Below are positions 10,881 through 27,939 of a stretch of DNA of 64,000 nt, in pieces. The stretch is from Shigella phage TB004: sequence record MW822011. One strand, 5' to 3'. The translations under genes were made by a program, and so were the position numbers. Below the pieces are notes generated by a model. That model did not search any database and was not told the origin of the DNA. It worked only from the letters and a program-made list of their open reading frames with translations. The number at the start of each line of letters is the position of its first letter. The stretch's first letter is position 1.

Positions 10881-11145
10881 TCTTTATGAAAATGAATCTT
10901 TTGCTAATCAATTACGCGAAAAAGCACTTAAAAGTAAACAGTTTAAACTAGAGTGTTTTATTAAAGATTTTTCGGAACTTGCTAATAAAGCAGCTGAACA
11001 AGGTAAAACATATTTTAGTTATTATTGTACTGCTCGCGATAAATTGATTACTGAAGAAATTGGTGATTGGCTGAGAAAAGAAGGATTTAGCTTTAAAGTC
11101 AATAGTGATCAGCGTGATGGTGATTGGTTAGAAATTACATTTTGA
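10867..11145 (+). CDS. hypothetical protein
   Basis: 92 aa ORF between hoc and rnlB. Confidence 0.5.
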   Translation: MEQYDLYENESFANQLREKALKSKQFKLECFIKDFSELANKAAEQGKTYFSYYCTARDKLITEEIGDWLRKEGFSFKVNSDQRDGDWLEITF

Positions 11146-11154
11146 GGATTAATT

Positions 11155-12159
11155 ATGTTTAAAAAGTATAGCAGTCTTGAAAATCATTACAATTCTAAAT
11201 TCATTGAAAAACTTTACAGTTTAGGATTGACCGGCGGCGAATGGGTAGCTCGTGAAAAGATTCATGGCACAAATTTCTCACTGATTATTGAACGCGATAA
11301 AGCAACTTGTGCTAAACGTACTGGACCGATTCTTCCTGCTGAAGATTTCTTTGGGTATGAAATTATTCTAAAGAATTACGCTGATTCCATTAAAGCAGTA
11401 CAAGATATTATGGAAACTTCAGCAGTTGTATCTTATCAAGTCTTCGGCGAATTCGCCGGACCTGGCATTCAGAAGAATGTTGATTATGGTGATAAAGATT
11501 TTTATGTATTTGACATTATTGTTACTACAGAAAGTGGTGATGTGACTTATGTCGATGATTATATGATGGAATCATTCTGTAATACATTCAAATTTAAAAT
11601 GGCTCCACTTTTGGGTCGTGGTAAATTTGAAGAACTTATTAAATTGCCAAATGATTTAGATTCTGTCGTTCAGGATTATAATTTTACAGTAGACCATGCT
11701 GGATTAGTTGATGCAAATAAATGCGTTTGGAATGCCGAAGCAAAAGGCGAAGTATTTACTGCTGAAGGATATGTATTGAAACCTTGTTATCCTTCTTGGA
11801 TGCCTAATGGCAATCGTGTCGCTATTAAATGCAAGAACTCTAAATTTAGCGAAAAGAAAAAGTCTGATAAGCCTATTAAAGCTAAAGTTGAGTTGTCAGA
11901 AGCTGATAATAAATTGCTGGGAATTTTAGCTTGCTACGTTACACTGAACCGAGTAAATAATGTTATTTCTAAAATTGGCGAAATTGATCCAAAAGATTTT
12001 GGAAAGGTGATGGGGCTAACTGTTCAAGATATTTTGGAAGAAACTTCTCGTGAAGGTATTACTTTAACTCAAGCGGATAATCCTTCCTTGATTAAGAAGG
12101 AATTAGTTAAAATGGTACAAGATGTACTTCGTCCGGCTTGGATTGAATTGGTAAGTTAA
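11155..12159 (+). CDS. rnlB: RNA ligase 2
   Basis: 334 aa, [25 protein letters not shown]...KIHGTNFS (ligase KxHG-type motif). Confidence 0.9.
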   Translation: MFKKYSSLENHYNSKFIEKLYSLGLTGGEWVAREKIHGTNFSLIIERDKATCAKRTGPILPAEDFFGYEIILKNYADSIKAVQDIMETSAVVSYQVFGEFAGPGIQKNVDYGDKDFYVFDIIVTTESGDVTYVDDYMMESFCNTFKFKMAPLLGRGKFEELIKLPNDLDSVVQDYNFTVDHAGLVDANKCVWNAEAKGEVFTAEGYVLKPCYPSWMPNGNRVAIKCKNSKFSEKKKSDKPIKAKVELSEADNKLLGILACYVTLNRVNNVISKIGEIDPKDFGKVMGLTVQDILEETSREGITLTQADNPSLIKKELVKMVQDVLRPAWIELVS

Positions 12160-12161
12160 AT

Positions 12162-12190
12162 AAAAAGGGACCTTTCGGTCCCTTTGTTTT
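12162..12190. terminator. bidirectional terminator between convergent rnlB and gene 24
   Basis: A5-GGGACC-TTTC-GGTCCC-TTTGTTTT. Confidence 0.65.
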
Positions 12191-13472
12191 ATTCATCAAT
12201 GATAATTTTTGGTAGCTTAACACCTAATAAAACAGACAAATCTGAACGACCCGCCATTTTATCCATGTCTCCACCATCAATTATTCTTGCTTCTTTTTCA
12301 TCTTTTGCTACAGTGTAAGGATTTGCAGATAAAGCATATCTAACCAATAAACCGATAGATGGTTGTAAGCTTTCTGGATCAACTACAACTTTAAATGCAC
12401 CTACATGTTCAGGGTCATCTAAGTCAAGACCTTCTGTATACGGAGCATAGAAAATTGATCCAACAATTTCTTTTTCGCCAATATTTTCTACTACACCAAC
12501 GATTACATAATCTAATGGGCTGTTAGTATCGCAATAAAGCGGTAAACCATTAGCTAAGAACCCATAGGCATTTTGTGAAAGATATTTGTCATCTTCTGGT
12601 TTATGTTTTAACCAACCTGATGCAGCAAGAATCGCAGCGGCACGAGCTGAAGCAACACAGAACGTTGCAGTATAAGTTGATTCTTTCTGGATATGTGAAA
12701 CCATTTCACACACCATTCGGTATAATGAACGACCAGCTTCAGGTGCAGATGCATAACTCAAATCAATGAATCCAGTATCAGTAATTCCTGTAACTTTATA
12801 GCGTTTTGATACTGTAATCAAAGACTGTAGAATATCTTTATTGATTTCATCTGCCATTTCAGTTGCAAGCAAATCTTCCAAGAAATTAGGAGCATCGAAT
12901 CCATTTGCTTCTAAATCTTGTGCTAATTCAACTGTAATGCCAGTTTTAAGTTTACGAGATTTAACTGCGGTTTGCCATTTATTAATCTGGAATCTAGCAT
13001 CCGCAATTTCGCTATCAGAGCTTTCAAATTTGCTTGTTACTGCAGCATCAGAAAATAGACGAACCTTTAAAAGAACAATTGCAATCTGAAGAGCTAATTC
13101 TAAATCGCTTTCTTCAATATCAGCAAATGGTGTATCTTCTAATACTTTATAAACGATATTATTATATTTGAATAAATCGCCTTTATTGAGAGTTAATTTA
13201 GACTCTTCTGTTAATTCTGTGATTTGTTCTCGGTCTACGTACCCAGCTTCGCCAGCGTAAGTAGCACCAGTTTTAAATGTAAATTCGTTATCTGGGTTAA
13301 GGTATTTGATACCATAAAAAGCAGCAACAGGTTGATTAGTTCTTTGCGTTGCTACAATGTCAGAATATATTAATTTAGTGGTAGCGCGAGTCAAAGCAAC
13401 GAGATTTGGGCGACCGATTGAGTTGCTATTCGTTGTGGTTGATTCGCGCAGAAGTTCGTTGATTTTAGCCAT
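12189..13472 (-). CDS. 24: gp24 capsid vertex protein
   Basis: 427 aa, paralog-like to gp23. Confidence 0.9.
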   Translation of the reverse strand: MAKINELLRESTTTNSNSIGRPNLVALTRATTKLIYSDIVATQRTNQPVAAFYGIKYLNPDNEFTFKTGATYAGEAGYVDREQITELTEESKLTLNKGDLFKYNNIVYKVLEDTPFADIEESDLELALQIAIVLLKVRLFSDAAVTSKFESSDSEIADARFQINKWQTAVKSRKLKTGITVELAQDLEANGFDAPNFLEDLLATEMADEINKDILQSLITVSKRYKVTGITDTGFIDLSYASAPEAGRSLYRMVCEMVSHIQKESTYTATFCVASARAAAILAASGWLKHKPEDDKYLSQNAYGFLANGLPLYCDTNSPLDYVIVGVVENIGEKEIVGSIFYAPYTEGLDLDDPEHVGAFKVVVDPESLQPSIGLLVRYALSANPYTVAKDEKEARIIDGGDMDKMAGRSDLSVLLGVKLPKIIIDE

Positions 13473-13499
13473 TGCGCTTTCCTTTTGGTTTATATGATT

Positions 13500-13507
13500 T
13501 ATTTATA
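13500..13507 (-). promoter_or_regulatory. late promoter upstream of gene 24
   Basis: TATAAATA on minus strand about 30 nt before gene 24 start. Confidence 0.6.
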
Positions 13508-13523
13508 CCATAAAAACAACTAA

Positions 13524-13541
13524 AGGGACCCGAAGGTCCCT
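13524..13541 (-). terminator. stem-loop between genes 23 and 24
   Basis: GGGACC-CGAA-GGTCCC; T-rich tract follows on minus strand. Confidence 0.55.
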
Positions 13542-13555
13542 TAAATCGTCAAAGA

Positions 13556-15121
13556 TTAGATACCTTTAACATATACACGGCGGAAGTAAGCGTTTTTACC
13601 AAGGCTATTCAGAATAGAAGGCATACCGCTCTGGATGCGAGAAGCCGGAGCCTGAGCAGCGGATTCTGCAAATGGGTTGATACCAATACCGTAACGAGTT
13701 TTGAATCCCATTACTGGTTGGAAGTTCTTCGGATCGGAACCACGCAGCGGAGTCAGAGCTACATATGGAGCATAGTAAATACCAGCATCCATTTCGTTCG
13801 GACCTTTATAACCTACAGTGAAATAATCCTGTTTAGCATACTGGTCGATATATACACGGTATTTACCACCCAGAACACCAGCAAATACTGACTTGGTAGT
13901 ATCAGTGTTAAAGCCGGTAGCCAGACCCTGTGCAGCATAAGAAATGCCGGTATCAACTGAAGCCAGAACGTTAACTACGTTACGGGAAGCGATAATGAAG
14001 TTACCTTCACCACGACCGGTCTGACGAGCAATTTCAACTGCTTCTTTGTCAATCTGGAACAACAGAGCTTTAAAGGATTCACCCGCCCAGCGAGCACCAC
14101 GAATATCAATCGGATCCTGGAAGTCAAATACACCAGCTTTAGAACCTGGAGTCAGGGTCATACCAGATTTACCAACCTGAGCTGAGTAGTTAATCCAATC
14201 AACAACTTCACGGTTGATTTCCAGCATGATTTCGGTAGCCAGAATACCAGACAGTTCAGCATCAGCATCCATACCGTGAACAGCGCGGAGGTCTTGTGCT
14301 AATTCGATAGAGTAAGCAGCTTTCAGCTGACGAGATTTAGCTTCGATAACTTGTTTATCGATACGGAAGCCCATTTCATTCCATGGGTTATCGGTAGAAC
14401 CGTTGAAACTTTCCTGAAGTTCAGCGATAGAAGTAGCCATACCTTCAGCGATTTCTACCAGTGCACCAGCTTCCATTTGTTTCTTAATTTCAGCATCTAA
14501 TTTAGCTGCATCATCTGCAGTAGAACTAATTGTTACTTGAGCAGAAGCCTGCAGATACACAGTGCCAGTGTCCTGGAAGAAGTGAGTATAGATATCACCT
14601 ACTGTGGTTTGTGTGCTAGCAGCCAGAGCTGTGAATTTCTTAGCAGCACCCTGACCAGAGAACATTGCATCTGGACCATACATTGGGTGGAATGCTTCTT
14701 TAGCACCGGCAGCGATTGGGTCTTTACCATATACTGCACGCAGTGCGAATACCTGGCCAGTCGGGCTGTTCATCGGCTGAACACCACAAATATCGAAAGC
14801 AATCAGGTTAGGAATAGCACGACGTACCATACCCATAACAGCTGGGCCAATCTGAGTTACTGCGCCAGAAGTCTGACCAGCAGCAATGTTAGTAGCGTTG
14901 TAACCGTGATCACCACCGATTTCAGCTTCTGTTAAGAAAGAACCGAACGCCTGAGCAATTTTTTCGTCTTTGTACTCTGGAGCTGTCTGGAAATCTTTTT
15001 CCTGGTTTTCAAAGATTTTAGCGATAATCGCTTGTTTGCTATTAGCAATTTCCGGTAAACCTTCACCTTCCAGTAATGGTTTCCATTTGTTCAAAAGTTC
15101 AGCTTTAGTTTTGATAGTCAT
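13556..15121 (-). CDS. 23: gp23 major capsid protein
   Basis: 521 aa, MTIKTKAELLNKWKPLLEGEGLPEIANSKQAIIAKIFENQEKDFQ; higher GC and codon bias. Confidence 0.95.
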   Translation of the reverse strand: MTIKTKAELLNKWKPLLEGEGLPEIANSKQAIIAKIFENQEKDFQTAPEYKDEKIAQAFGSFLTEAEIGGDHGYNATNIAAGQTSGAVTQIGPAVMGMVRRAIPNLIAFDICGVQPMNSPTGQVFALRAVYGKDPIAAGAKEAFHPMYGPDAMFSGQGAAKKFTALAASTQTTVGDIYTHFFQDTGTVYLQASAQVTISSTADDAAKLDAEIKKQMEAGALVEIAEGMATSIAELQESFNGSTDNPWNEMGFRIDKQVIEAKSRQLKAAYSIELAQDLRAVHGMDADAELSGILATEIMLEINREVVDWINYSAQVGKSGMTLTPGSKAGVFDFQDPIDIRGARWAGESFKALLFQIDKEAVEIARQTGRGEGNFIIASRNVVNVLASVDTGISYAAQGLATGFNTDTTKSVFAGVLGGKYRVYIDQYAKQDYFTVGYKGPNEMDAGIYYAPYVALTPLRGSDPKNFQPVMGFKTRYGIGINPFAESAAQAPASRIQSGMPSILNSLGKNAYFRRVYVKGI

Positions 15122-15139
15122 TTGTGTTAACCTTTAAAA

Positions 15140-15949
15140 TTAGAAACGAGATGCGACTTTCGCATATACACTTACAATATCTTCTGCACCAGGTGCAGCT
15201 TTATCTTCTACAGCTTCAGTGACGAAATTCAGTCCGGCTGCTTCAGTATCAGGAGTATTTATACCCTCAGTAATAGTGCTTTCATCTTTATTAGACTTCT
15301 TCACCATTTCTACGATGGCACTCAATTTACTTGAGAATTCATCTGAATAATCCATACCTTCGACCAGAGCAGAGACTTTTTCTTTTTGAGACTCAGTCAG
15401 ATCTTTAGTACTTTCGCTCAATGCCACTTCACGCTGCACATAATTGATATATGCGTCGCGCATATTGAGTTCTTCGAACAGACGAGCTGATTCTTCTTTA
15501 TGTTCTTGCAGCTCTTCTTCCATTTCAGCCACAACATCAACTGATTCTTCTGGAACAACAACGTTGTGTTCAACAAAGAGCTCTTTTAATCCACCAAGCA
15601 TGGATTCAAACAGTTCGGCTTTGATGCCTTTATCAACTGCTAATTTATTTTCAGCGAGCCATTCTTTCGCAAGATGGTCGATGAATTTAGAAGCTTGCTC
15701 AGCGATTTTCTTCTCAGCTTTTTCTTCGGCTTCTTCTTTATTTTTTTCTACTTCTTCTTCTGCTTTTTCAGCAATTTTAGCGATATGAGATTCAGCTAAT
15801 TTAACGGCGTGCTGCTTGACGGTAGCTTCGAATACAGTGCCGAAAGTTTCTTTTGCTTCCGGAGAAATATTAACTGATTCGAAAATACTATCAAGAGCAA
15901 CGGAAGCATCAATTTTTTGCGCTTCAGCAATCAGTTGTTCTTTAAGCAT
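15140..15949 (-). CDS. 22: gp22 prohead core scaffold
   Basis: 269 aa, highly acidic coiled-coil protein. Confidence 0.9.
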   Translation of the reverse strand: MLKEQLIAEAQKIDASVALDSIFESVNISPEAKETFGTVFEATVKQHAVKLAESHIAKIAEKAEEEVEKNKEEAEEKAEKKIAEQASKFIDHLAKEWLAENKLAVDKGIKAELFESMLGGLKELFVEHNVVVPEESVDVVAEMEEELQEHKEESARLFEELNMRDAYINYVQREVALSESTKDLTESQKEKVSALVEGMDYSDEFSSKLSAIVEMVKKSNKDESTITEGINTPDTEAAGLNFVTEAVEDKAAPGAEDIVSVYAKVASRF

Positions 15950-15975
15950 TTTGTAGTCCTGTTGTTTAGATAATA

Positions 15976-15983
15976 ATATTTAT
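15976..15983 (-). promoter_or_regulatory. late promoter upstream of gene 22
   Basis: TATAAATA on minus strand. Confidence 0.6.
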
Positions 15984-16618
15984 AACGCTTTTTTCATGGC
16001 CTCTGCGAGAGCCATATAGGCGTCATCGGCACTTGTATCGGCTTCCGCCGTCTGTGATTCGGTAATTTCCTTAGGAGTTACCCATGCATCTGGAGCACTT
16101 GGACCCCATACTGCATCAACACCTACAGTTAATTTGAATCCTTCGTTTACGATACGATAACCTTTATTTGTGTCAGTCAATGAACCTAATCCACGAGAAG
16201 AAACTCCTGGAATCCATCCGGCACGAATATTAGCTGCTAATTTATCTCCAGGACCATGGTCACCTTCAATAACACGAGCTCGTCCGTATACGTCATTTCC
16301 TTTCCACCACATATCTTCTATAATGATAGCGGCTTGCATCGGGTCAACATTAGCGCGTGGAGGATGATTTAATTCTCCGAGAGCTTGTTTAGTTAAAACT
16401 TGCTCATTGATATAGTCTTTTACCGCTTTTTCTAATATGCGTTTTGGATAAAGACGTTTATTTCTATTGACGACTTCCGCTTGCATGAATATTCCTTCGA
16501 TGTATAAACCAGGTTTTAAACCTAAGTCTTTTCCATCATGGGATTCAAGCATTGGCACACCATCAATAATTTCGCCAGGTTGACCCCAAGTTTCAATTAG
16601 TAATTGGGGTTCATTCAT
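15980..16618 (-). CDS. 21: gp21 prohead core protease
   Basis: 212 aa, position 22-21-68. Confidence 0.9.
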   Translation of the reverse strand: MNEPQLLIETWGQPGEIIDGVPMLESHDGKDLGLKPGLYIEGIFMQAEVVNRNKRLYPKRILEKAVKDYINEQVLTKQALGELNHPPRANVDPMQAAIIIEDMWWKGNDVYGRARVIEGDHGPGDKLAANIRAGWIPGVSSRGLGSLTDTNKGYRIVNEGFKLTVGVDAVWGPSAPDAWVTPKEITESQTAEADTSADDAYMALAEAMKKAL

Positions 16619-17043
16619 TAGCTTAATCCTAATGCTTTACGGCGTTTAAGAGCTTTTTTACGCTTACGCTGAGCACGAGATTGACCTGCTGGATTGGCAA
16701 TCTTCGTTTTGGTAGCTTTGCGAGCAATTTGTCTACGTTTTGCTTTAGACAGCCCAGTGGTTTGAAATGCATTACGTTCGCGTGTTTTGCGGTCTTTAGT
16801 ACGTGTAATTTCACCACGAGCTGAAACATGCTTAACAATGAATTCATTTAACGGCATATTTTCATTAATAGAAGCTAATGCAACTGCTAAATCAGTTTCA
16901 TCATCAAGCATATTCTCGACAATTGTATTTATATCGTCTTTATTTAAAGCAGAAGACAATTCGTCAAAGCGACCCTGTGCTTCAGGAATAAGTGCTTCGA
17001 CATTCTCGAGAACTAATTCATGAGTTTCAGGGATCAGAAGCAT
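16618..17043 (-). CDS. 68: gp68 prohead core protein
   Basis: 141 aa, basic C-terminus. Confidence 0.8.
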
Positions 17044-17284
17044 TATTCATCATCCTCGTCTTCGTCATCTTCGTCAGAGTCTTTGTCTTTTTTGTCGTCT
17101 TTATCATCACCATCTTCGTCATCATCCTCGTCTTCAGGTTCTTCACCTTCGATTAAGAAATTACGAGCGATAGCGATTTTTTCTTCTTTAATTAAATCAA
17201 TCGTTCTTGCAGCCATGGCTTCAGCAAAGAATTTACGAGCGGCTACGAGGTCGTTTGATTTAATAGCTTCAATTAAACCTTCCA

Positions 17285-17285
<1 letters not shown>
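17043..17285 (-). CDS. 67: gp67 prohead core protein
   Basis: 80 aa with poly-Asp/Glu tail. Confidence 0.8.
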
Positions 17286-18910
<1,625 letters not shown>

Positions 18911-18942
18911 TTAAGCAGGATGGGGATTTCTCCCCATTCATT

Positions 18943-19434
18943 TTATTCCCAATAATCGAGAGCGAGAGTTACTTCAAAGGTTTGGATTTCATTGTTTGAA
19001 TCCCAATCTAATTGAAGTTCACCCACGTTGGTAGGCCACAAGCCTTTAATTTCGACTTCTTTTGTTACAGTTTTAGCGTCACGAGCATATTGGCGAACAA
19101 CAGCGCTCTTTTTATACTCTGCTGGTTTTCCACCAGTAATTTCGTTCCCTTGCCCAGCAGCAATGCTTTGCCAATCAACAAACTTCTGGCGAGCATCATG
19201 TGCCTCATCGTTCATTACTGTAACAGTCCAGTCATCGAATGTACGATCGCCTGCTACGTTAATTTTACGGTTCATAAATCCGACTGGAATTTTTTCTACA
19301 ATACCAGCTGGTAAAGCAGTAGCTTTACATTGAAACGTAAAATTTTGTCCAAGATAAGAAATTTCTACTTGGAATAAGTTAGGTCGAGCAAAATCACCAG
19401 ATTCAAACGCTCGTGTTACATCATCTACAAACAT
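18943..19434 (-). CDS. 19: gp19 tail tube protein
   Basis: 163 aa. Confidence 0.9.
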   Translation of the reverse strand: MFVDDVTRAFESGDFARPNLFQVEISYLGQNFTFQCKATALPAGIVEKIPVGFMNRKINVAGDRTFDDWTVTVMNDEAHDARQKFVDWQSIAAGQGNEITGGKPAEYKKSAVVRQYARDAKTVTKEVEIKGLWPTNVGELQLDWDSNNEIQTFEVTLALDYWE

Positions 19435-19448
19435 ATTAGCCTCTGTAG

Positions 19449-19456
19449 TATTTATA
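19449..19456 (-). promoter_or_regulatory. late promoter upstream of gene 19 (second copy at 19508-19515)
   Basis: TATAAATA on minus strand. Confidence 0.55.
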
Positions 19457-19516
19457 TCCCTATGTTTAACCTAGGGCATATAGAATTAAAGAATTAAGGA
19501 TATAGTGTATTTATAT

Positions 19517-19537
19517 GGCCTGCCGAAACAGGCCTTT
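19517..19537 (-). terminator. stem-loop between genes 18 and 19
   Basis: GGCCTG-CCGAAA-CAGGCC. Confidence 0.5.
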
Positions 19538-19550
19538 AGAATGCACCGTA

Positions 19551-21530
19551 TTAACCTGCAAGACCAGTTAACTCATCGAAATCTGCACCAGTAGCAGTTG
19601 CGACGAAATTAAGTTGGATATAATTTATACTTCTAGCCGGTTGAATGTAGAATGTTGCAACAAACTCATTTCTATCAATTACTGACGGAGTGTTATTTGT
19701 TGTATCGCAAACTACACGATATTCATAAATTCCACCGAGAGCTTTAATTCCCTGTAAGTATTGGGCAGTTTCTGTGCGGAACGATGAACGGGTAAACGCG
19801 TTGTTTAATTCGAACAAACGATATTTTGAACTACGTCCGATATTCGTTTTCAACATATTAAACAGACGACGAACGTTAATACGATCAAATGGAGAAGGAA
19901 CAGAAGTAGCTGTTTTATCACCATACAATACGTAACCATCACCACCTGTACCGGTTACCGGGTTGATAGCTTCTTGGTATAAACGGTCGCGCTGCGCCTG
20001 GCGAGTTTCAATAGCAAGTTTAATAACGTTAAGAATCTGGCCACGATTATAACCAGCTGGAGACATCCAAGTATGAGAAACGTTATCAGTTCTTGCGCAT
20101 AAACCAGCAATATCAGCTGCTAATGGAACCCAACGATTCACATCATTATATTTGTCATACTGATACTTGTAGTTACCATCAATTGCTGCGTAGGTTGAAC
20201 TGATATTAAAGTTATTATCAGTGTATGAACCTGCCGCAGTTCTCCAATTGACTAAGTTATCGACAGCACGAGTTACAGGAATTCCAACTACAGTTTCACG
20301 CGGTGGTGAGCATAATACTAAGCAATCTTGACGAGCATCCCCAATTGAAACGACGTGTTTTTGGACAGTAGATGCTGTTTCTAAAGATTCACCGGCACAA
20401 GAACCCGCAATAAACAACTGAACGTCAACAGATTCACGGTCAGCAAAGAAGTCCCAGGCTTCCATCAAATCTCCTGCTGTTACTTCAGCATTTGACGATA
20501 ATCCACCAGACAGAGTTAAAATTCCAGAGAAGCCTTCTGGCCAGTTTTGTGCAGTTGCGAAAATATATTCTGAACCACCTTTTGCGAAAAAGTCATCAAT
20601 ATAGATGTTACTATCGTAAATATCTTTTTCACCACGCTTCGTTGAAAGAACAACGCTTTGAACAATAGCATCATTGCGACGAACTATAATAGCGTATTGT
20701 GAATCAGTTTGCGGTCCATATCCAAACACTGCCTTGGCAGTAGATGCGCGGGTTCCGCCACCTGGATAAATTGGGAGTAATGCAGAAGCTCCTTTTGCGT
20801 AGTCAGCTTTAGATACGATTTCAATTTCGATTTTATCACCCAACTCGCCTGGATAAAGAGCTACTACTCCTGGAATTCCATATTTTTCGAGATTTGCTTG
20901 AAAGTCAACAGCTGCCATAGCAGCTTCGGCATTTTCAATTTCAGCTAATAAAATACCAGAATCAGTAATAATTTTTCCAAGAGTTATTACTGCAGCTAAA
21001 CCAGAGGAAGACGAAGAAATTTCCGCGGTCCAGTTAGAACCTAATTCTGGATATTCGCCTACTTCTTTCGCTTTAGCGATAATTTTTGCAGTAGGAATAT
21101 TAATTTTCTTAATTTTTCCATCAGCATCTACTTCGGTAATTTTACCTTCCGTTTCAATGTCTTCTGAAACATACTTAACCGTGATTTTATCTCCAACCGC
21201 GTAGTTACTACCTGGGGTAGAAATAGTGTATTCAATATTACCGGCAATCGGAGATGAGTTTTTAGCGGTATCTCTATCGACAGCACGCACAACTCGCAAA
21301 TCATTTCCGTACTGTAAGAAATTCATTGCAGACATAAAATAGTCAGCAGTTTCAGCTGTAGGTTGACCAAAAGTATTAACTAAATCTACTTCGTTTGTAA
21401 CCTGTTTAATTTGAAAAGCAGGACCCCACTGGAATTTACCGGCCAGAGCTGCTGTACCAGTAGAGTTATTAACCACGGTGCTTTGAACCGTAGTTTCTTT
21501 GAGCTCAATGCCCGGAGATAATAAAGTCAT
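19551..21530 (-). CDS. 18: gp18 tail sheath protein
   Basis: 659 aa. Confidence 0.95.
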   Translation of the reverse strand: MTLLSPGIELKETTVQSTVVNNSTGTAALAGKFQWGPAFQIKQVTNEVDLVNTFGQPTAETADYFMSAMNFLQYGNDLRVVRAVDRDTAKNSSPIAGNIEYTISTPGSNYAVGDKITVKYVSEDIETEGKITEVDADGKIKKINIPTAKIIAKAKEVGEYPELGSNWTAEISSSSSGLAAVITLGKIITDSGILLAEIENAEAAMAAVDFQANLEKYGIPGVVALYPGELGDKIEIEIVSKADYAKGASALLPIYPGGGTRASTAKAVFGYGPQTDSQYAIIVRRNDAIVQSVVLSTKRGEKDIYDSNIYIDDFFAKGGSEYIFATAQNWPEGFSGILTLSGGLSSNAEVTAGDLMEAWDFFADRESVDVQLFIAGSCAGESLETASTVQKHVVSIGDARQDCLVLCSPPRETVVGIPVTRAVDNLVNWRTAAGSYTDNNFNISSTYAAIDGNYKYQYDKYNDVNRWVPLAADIAGLCARTDNVSHTWMSPAGYNRGQILNVIKLAIETRQAQRDRLYQEAINPVTGTGGDGYVLYGDKTATSVPSPFDRINVRRLFNMLKTNIGRSSKYRLFELNNAFTRSSFRTETAQYLQGIKALGGIYEYRVVCDTTNNTPSVIDRNEFVATFYIQPARSINYIQLNFVATATGADFDELTGLAG

Positions 21531-21558
21531 TTTTAATCCTCTTTAATATGCTTTAATA

Positions 21559-24699
<3,141 letters not shown>

Positions 24700-24740
24700 G
24701 ATTTCTCCTAATCTGGGCTTTAATTAGTTTATAATATTTA

Positions 24741-26442
<1,702 letters not shown>

Positions 26443-26456
26443 TTAAAAAATCCTTT

Positions 26457-26472
26457 GGGGCCTTGCGGCCCC
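26457..26472 (-). terminator. stem-loop between wac and gene 13
   Basis: GGGGCC-TTGC-GGCCCC; T-rich on minus strand. Confidence 0.5.
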
Positions 26473-26475
26473 ATG

Positions 26476-27939
26476 TTATGCTGGTGATAAAAAGGTAGAA
26501 AGTAATACCCATTCGCCGTCTTTACGAACGTAAGCTTGACCATCTTTTGGAGCTTCAGGAATATAACCTGCTTCTTGTAGAGCTTGAACATCACCTTGCA
26601 GAGAAGATATACTACCTTTGGCTGTATTCACTTCTTGTGTAACTGATGCAATGTTGGTTTCGTTAGCTTTTATTGAATTGGTTAATCCACGTTCTTCGAC
26701 AGTTGAACCATTTGGATTAGTTCCATTTACTAAAGTATTTAACGCTACAACTTGCCCTTTAATTCCTGTGCTGTTATTACCAATCTCTACTTGTAGGTTT
26801 TGAACATCGTTGTTCAAGCTTGAAACAGAAGTTTCAATTGTAGAAACTCGGTTTAAAAGAGACCCAGGAGGAGAAGGTTGTCCACCGCTAGAATCAGTTC
26901 CAACAATTTGGTTTAACCACGAAACATTCGCTCTTAAACCGGATGAAGTGTTTTCACCGACGATTCCATTTAGAGCTTCGATTGAAGTTGTATTATCTTT
27001 GATTTGGCCTTTAATACTCGAAGGAATATCATCTGAACCAATAGAAGTTTCAATAACGGTTAAACGCTGTTTAATACCTCCACTTTGATTTAGCTCTAAA
27101 TTAATAGATGCAATATTATCAGTGTTTGTATTAACACTCGTGATAATCGAATTATTTCCTGGATATCCTATTGAGGTCTTAATAGCACTAATGTCAGACT
27201 CAACTGTTGTCTGTTTAGTGTCAATTTCATTTAAACGACTATAAACAGTTTGGGAAAATGACGGCGGTTTCGGTCCAAGCTCTTCGCGAAGATTACCAAC
27301 TTCAATAGTTAAAGAACCTACATCAGATTCAATAAATTTTGTTTCTAATTCGCTTAAACGTATTCCCTGTGAAGTGATGACATCAGTATTATTAATAATG
27401 CGATGCTTCATTCCTGTGCTAGGATTTCCTACAACAGGAAGACCATTAATATCTTGGCCTGTATATTGCCCAAGTTCACGCTTTATCCATAATAAATCAT
27501 TTCTGATCGTTCTGTATACAGAGTTGGCCTCGGAGTTAAATGGACCAATATCAGCAAGAATGCTGTCAACCGTGTTATTAGTTCCATTTAATATTTCTGT
27601 ATGTTCACTGGTTAGCGTTTTAAGGTCAGAAATATCCTTTTTATTGATACTTATTTGGGCCAAAGCTTCAATATCACCAGATACATCTAAGATGCCCTGA
27701 ATTGTTTTAATATCACTATTTGCGGTTTCTAAAGATGTTTTGAGTATTCCAATGTTTTTATCAAGAACTTCAACATTTCTTAGTACAGAAACTGTAGGTC
27801 TATTCATTGAGCCTTCACTTCCATACTGTGTGTCAGCTCCTAATATTTCTTCGCCGTTTTTAATCCAGGAAATGCGGCTCTGGCCCTCTGCAGGAGGGCC
27901 GTCAACGAATGGTAAGTCATTCAGTACAATATCTGTCAT
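26476..27939 (-). CDS. wac: fibritin (whisker) Wac
   Basis: 487 aa, long coiled coil, C-terminal foldon-like [27 protein letters not shown]. Confidence 0.9.
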   Translation of the reverse strand: MTDIVLNDLPFVDGPPAEGQSRISWIKNGEEILGADTQYGSEGSMNRPTVSVLRNVEVLDKNIGILKTSLETANSDIKTIQGILDVSGDIEALAQISINKKDISDLKTLTSEHTEILNGTNNTVDSILADIGPFNSEANSVYRTIRNDLLWIKRELGQYTGQDINGLPVVGNPSTGMKHRIINNTDVITSQGIRLSELETKFIESDVGSLTIEVGNLREELGPKPPSFSQTVYSRLNEIDTKQTTVESDISAIKTSIGYPGNNSIITSVNTNTDNIASINLELNQSGGIKQRLTVIETSIGSDDIPSSIKGQIKDNTTSIEALNGIVGENTSSGLRANVSWLNQIVGTDSSGGQPSPPGSLLNRVSTIETSVSSLNNDVQNLQVEIGNNSTGIKGQVVALNTLVNGTNPNGSTVEERGLTNSIKANETNIASVTQEVNTAKGSISSLQGDVQALQEAGYIPEAPKDGQAYVRKDGEWVLLSTFLSPA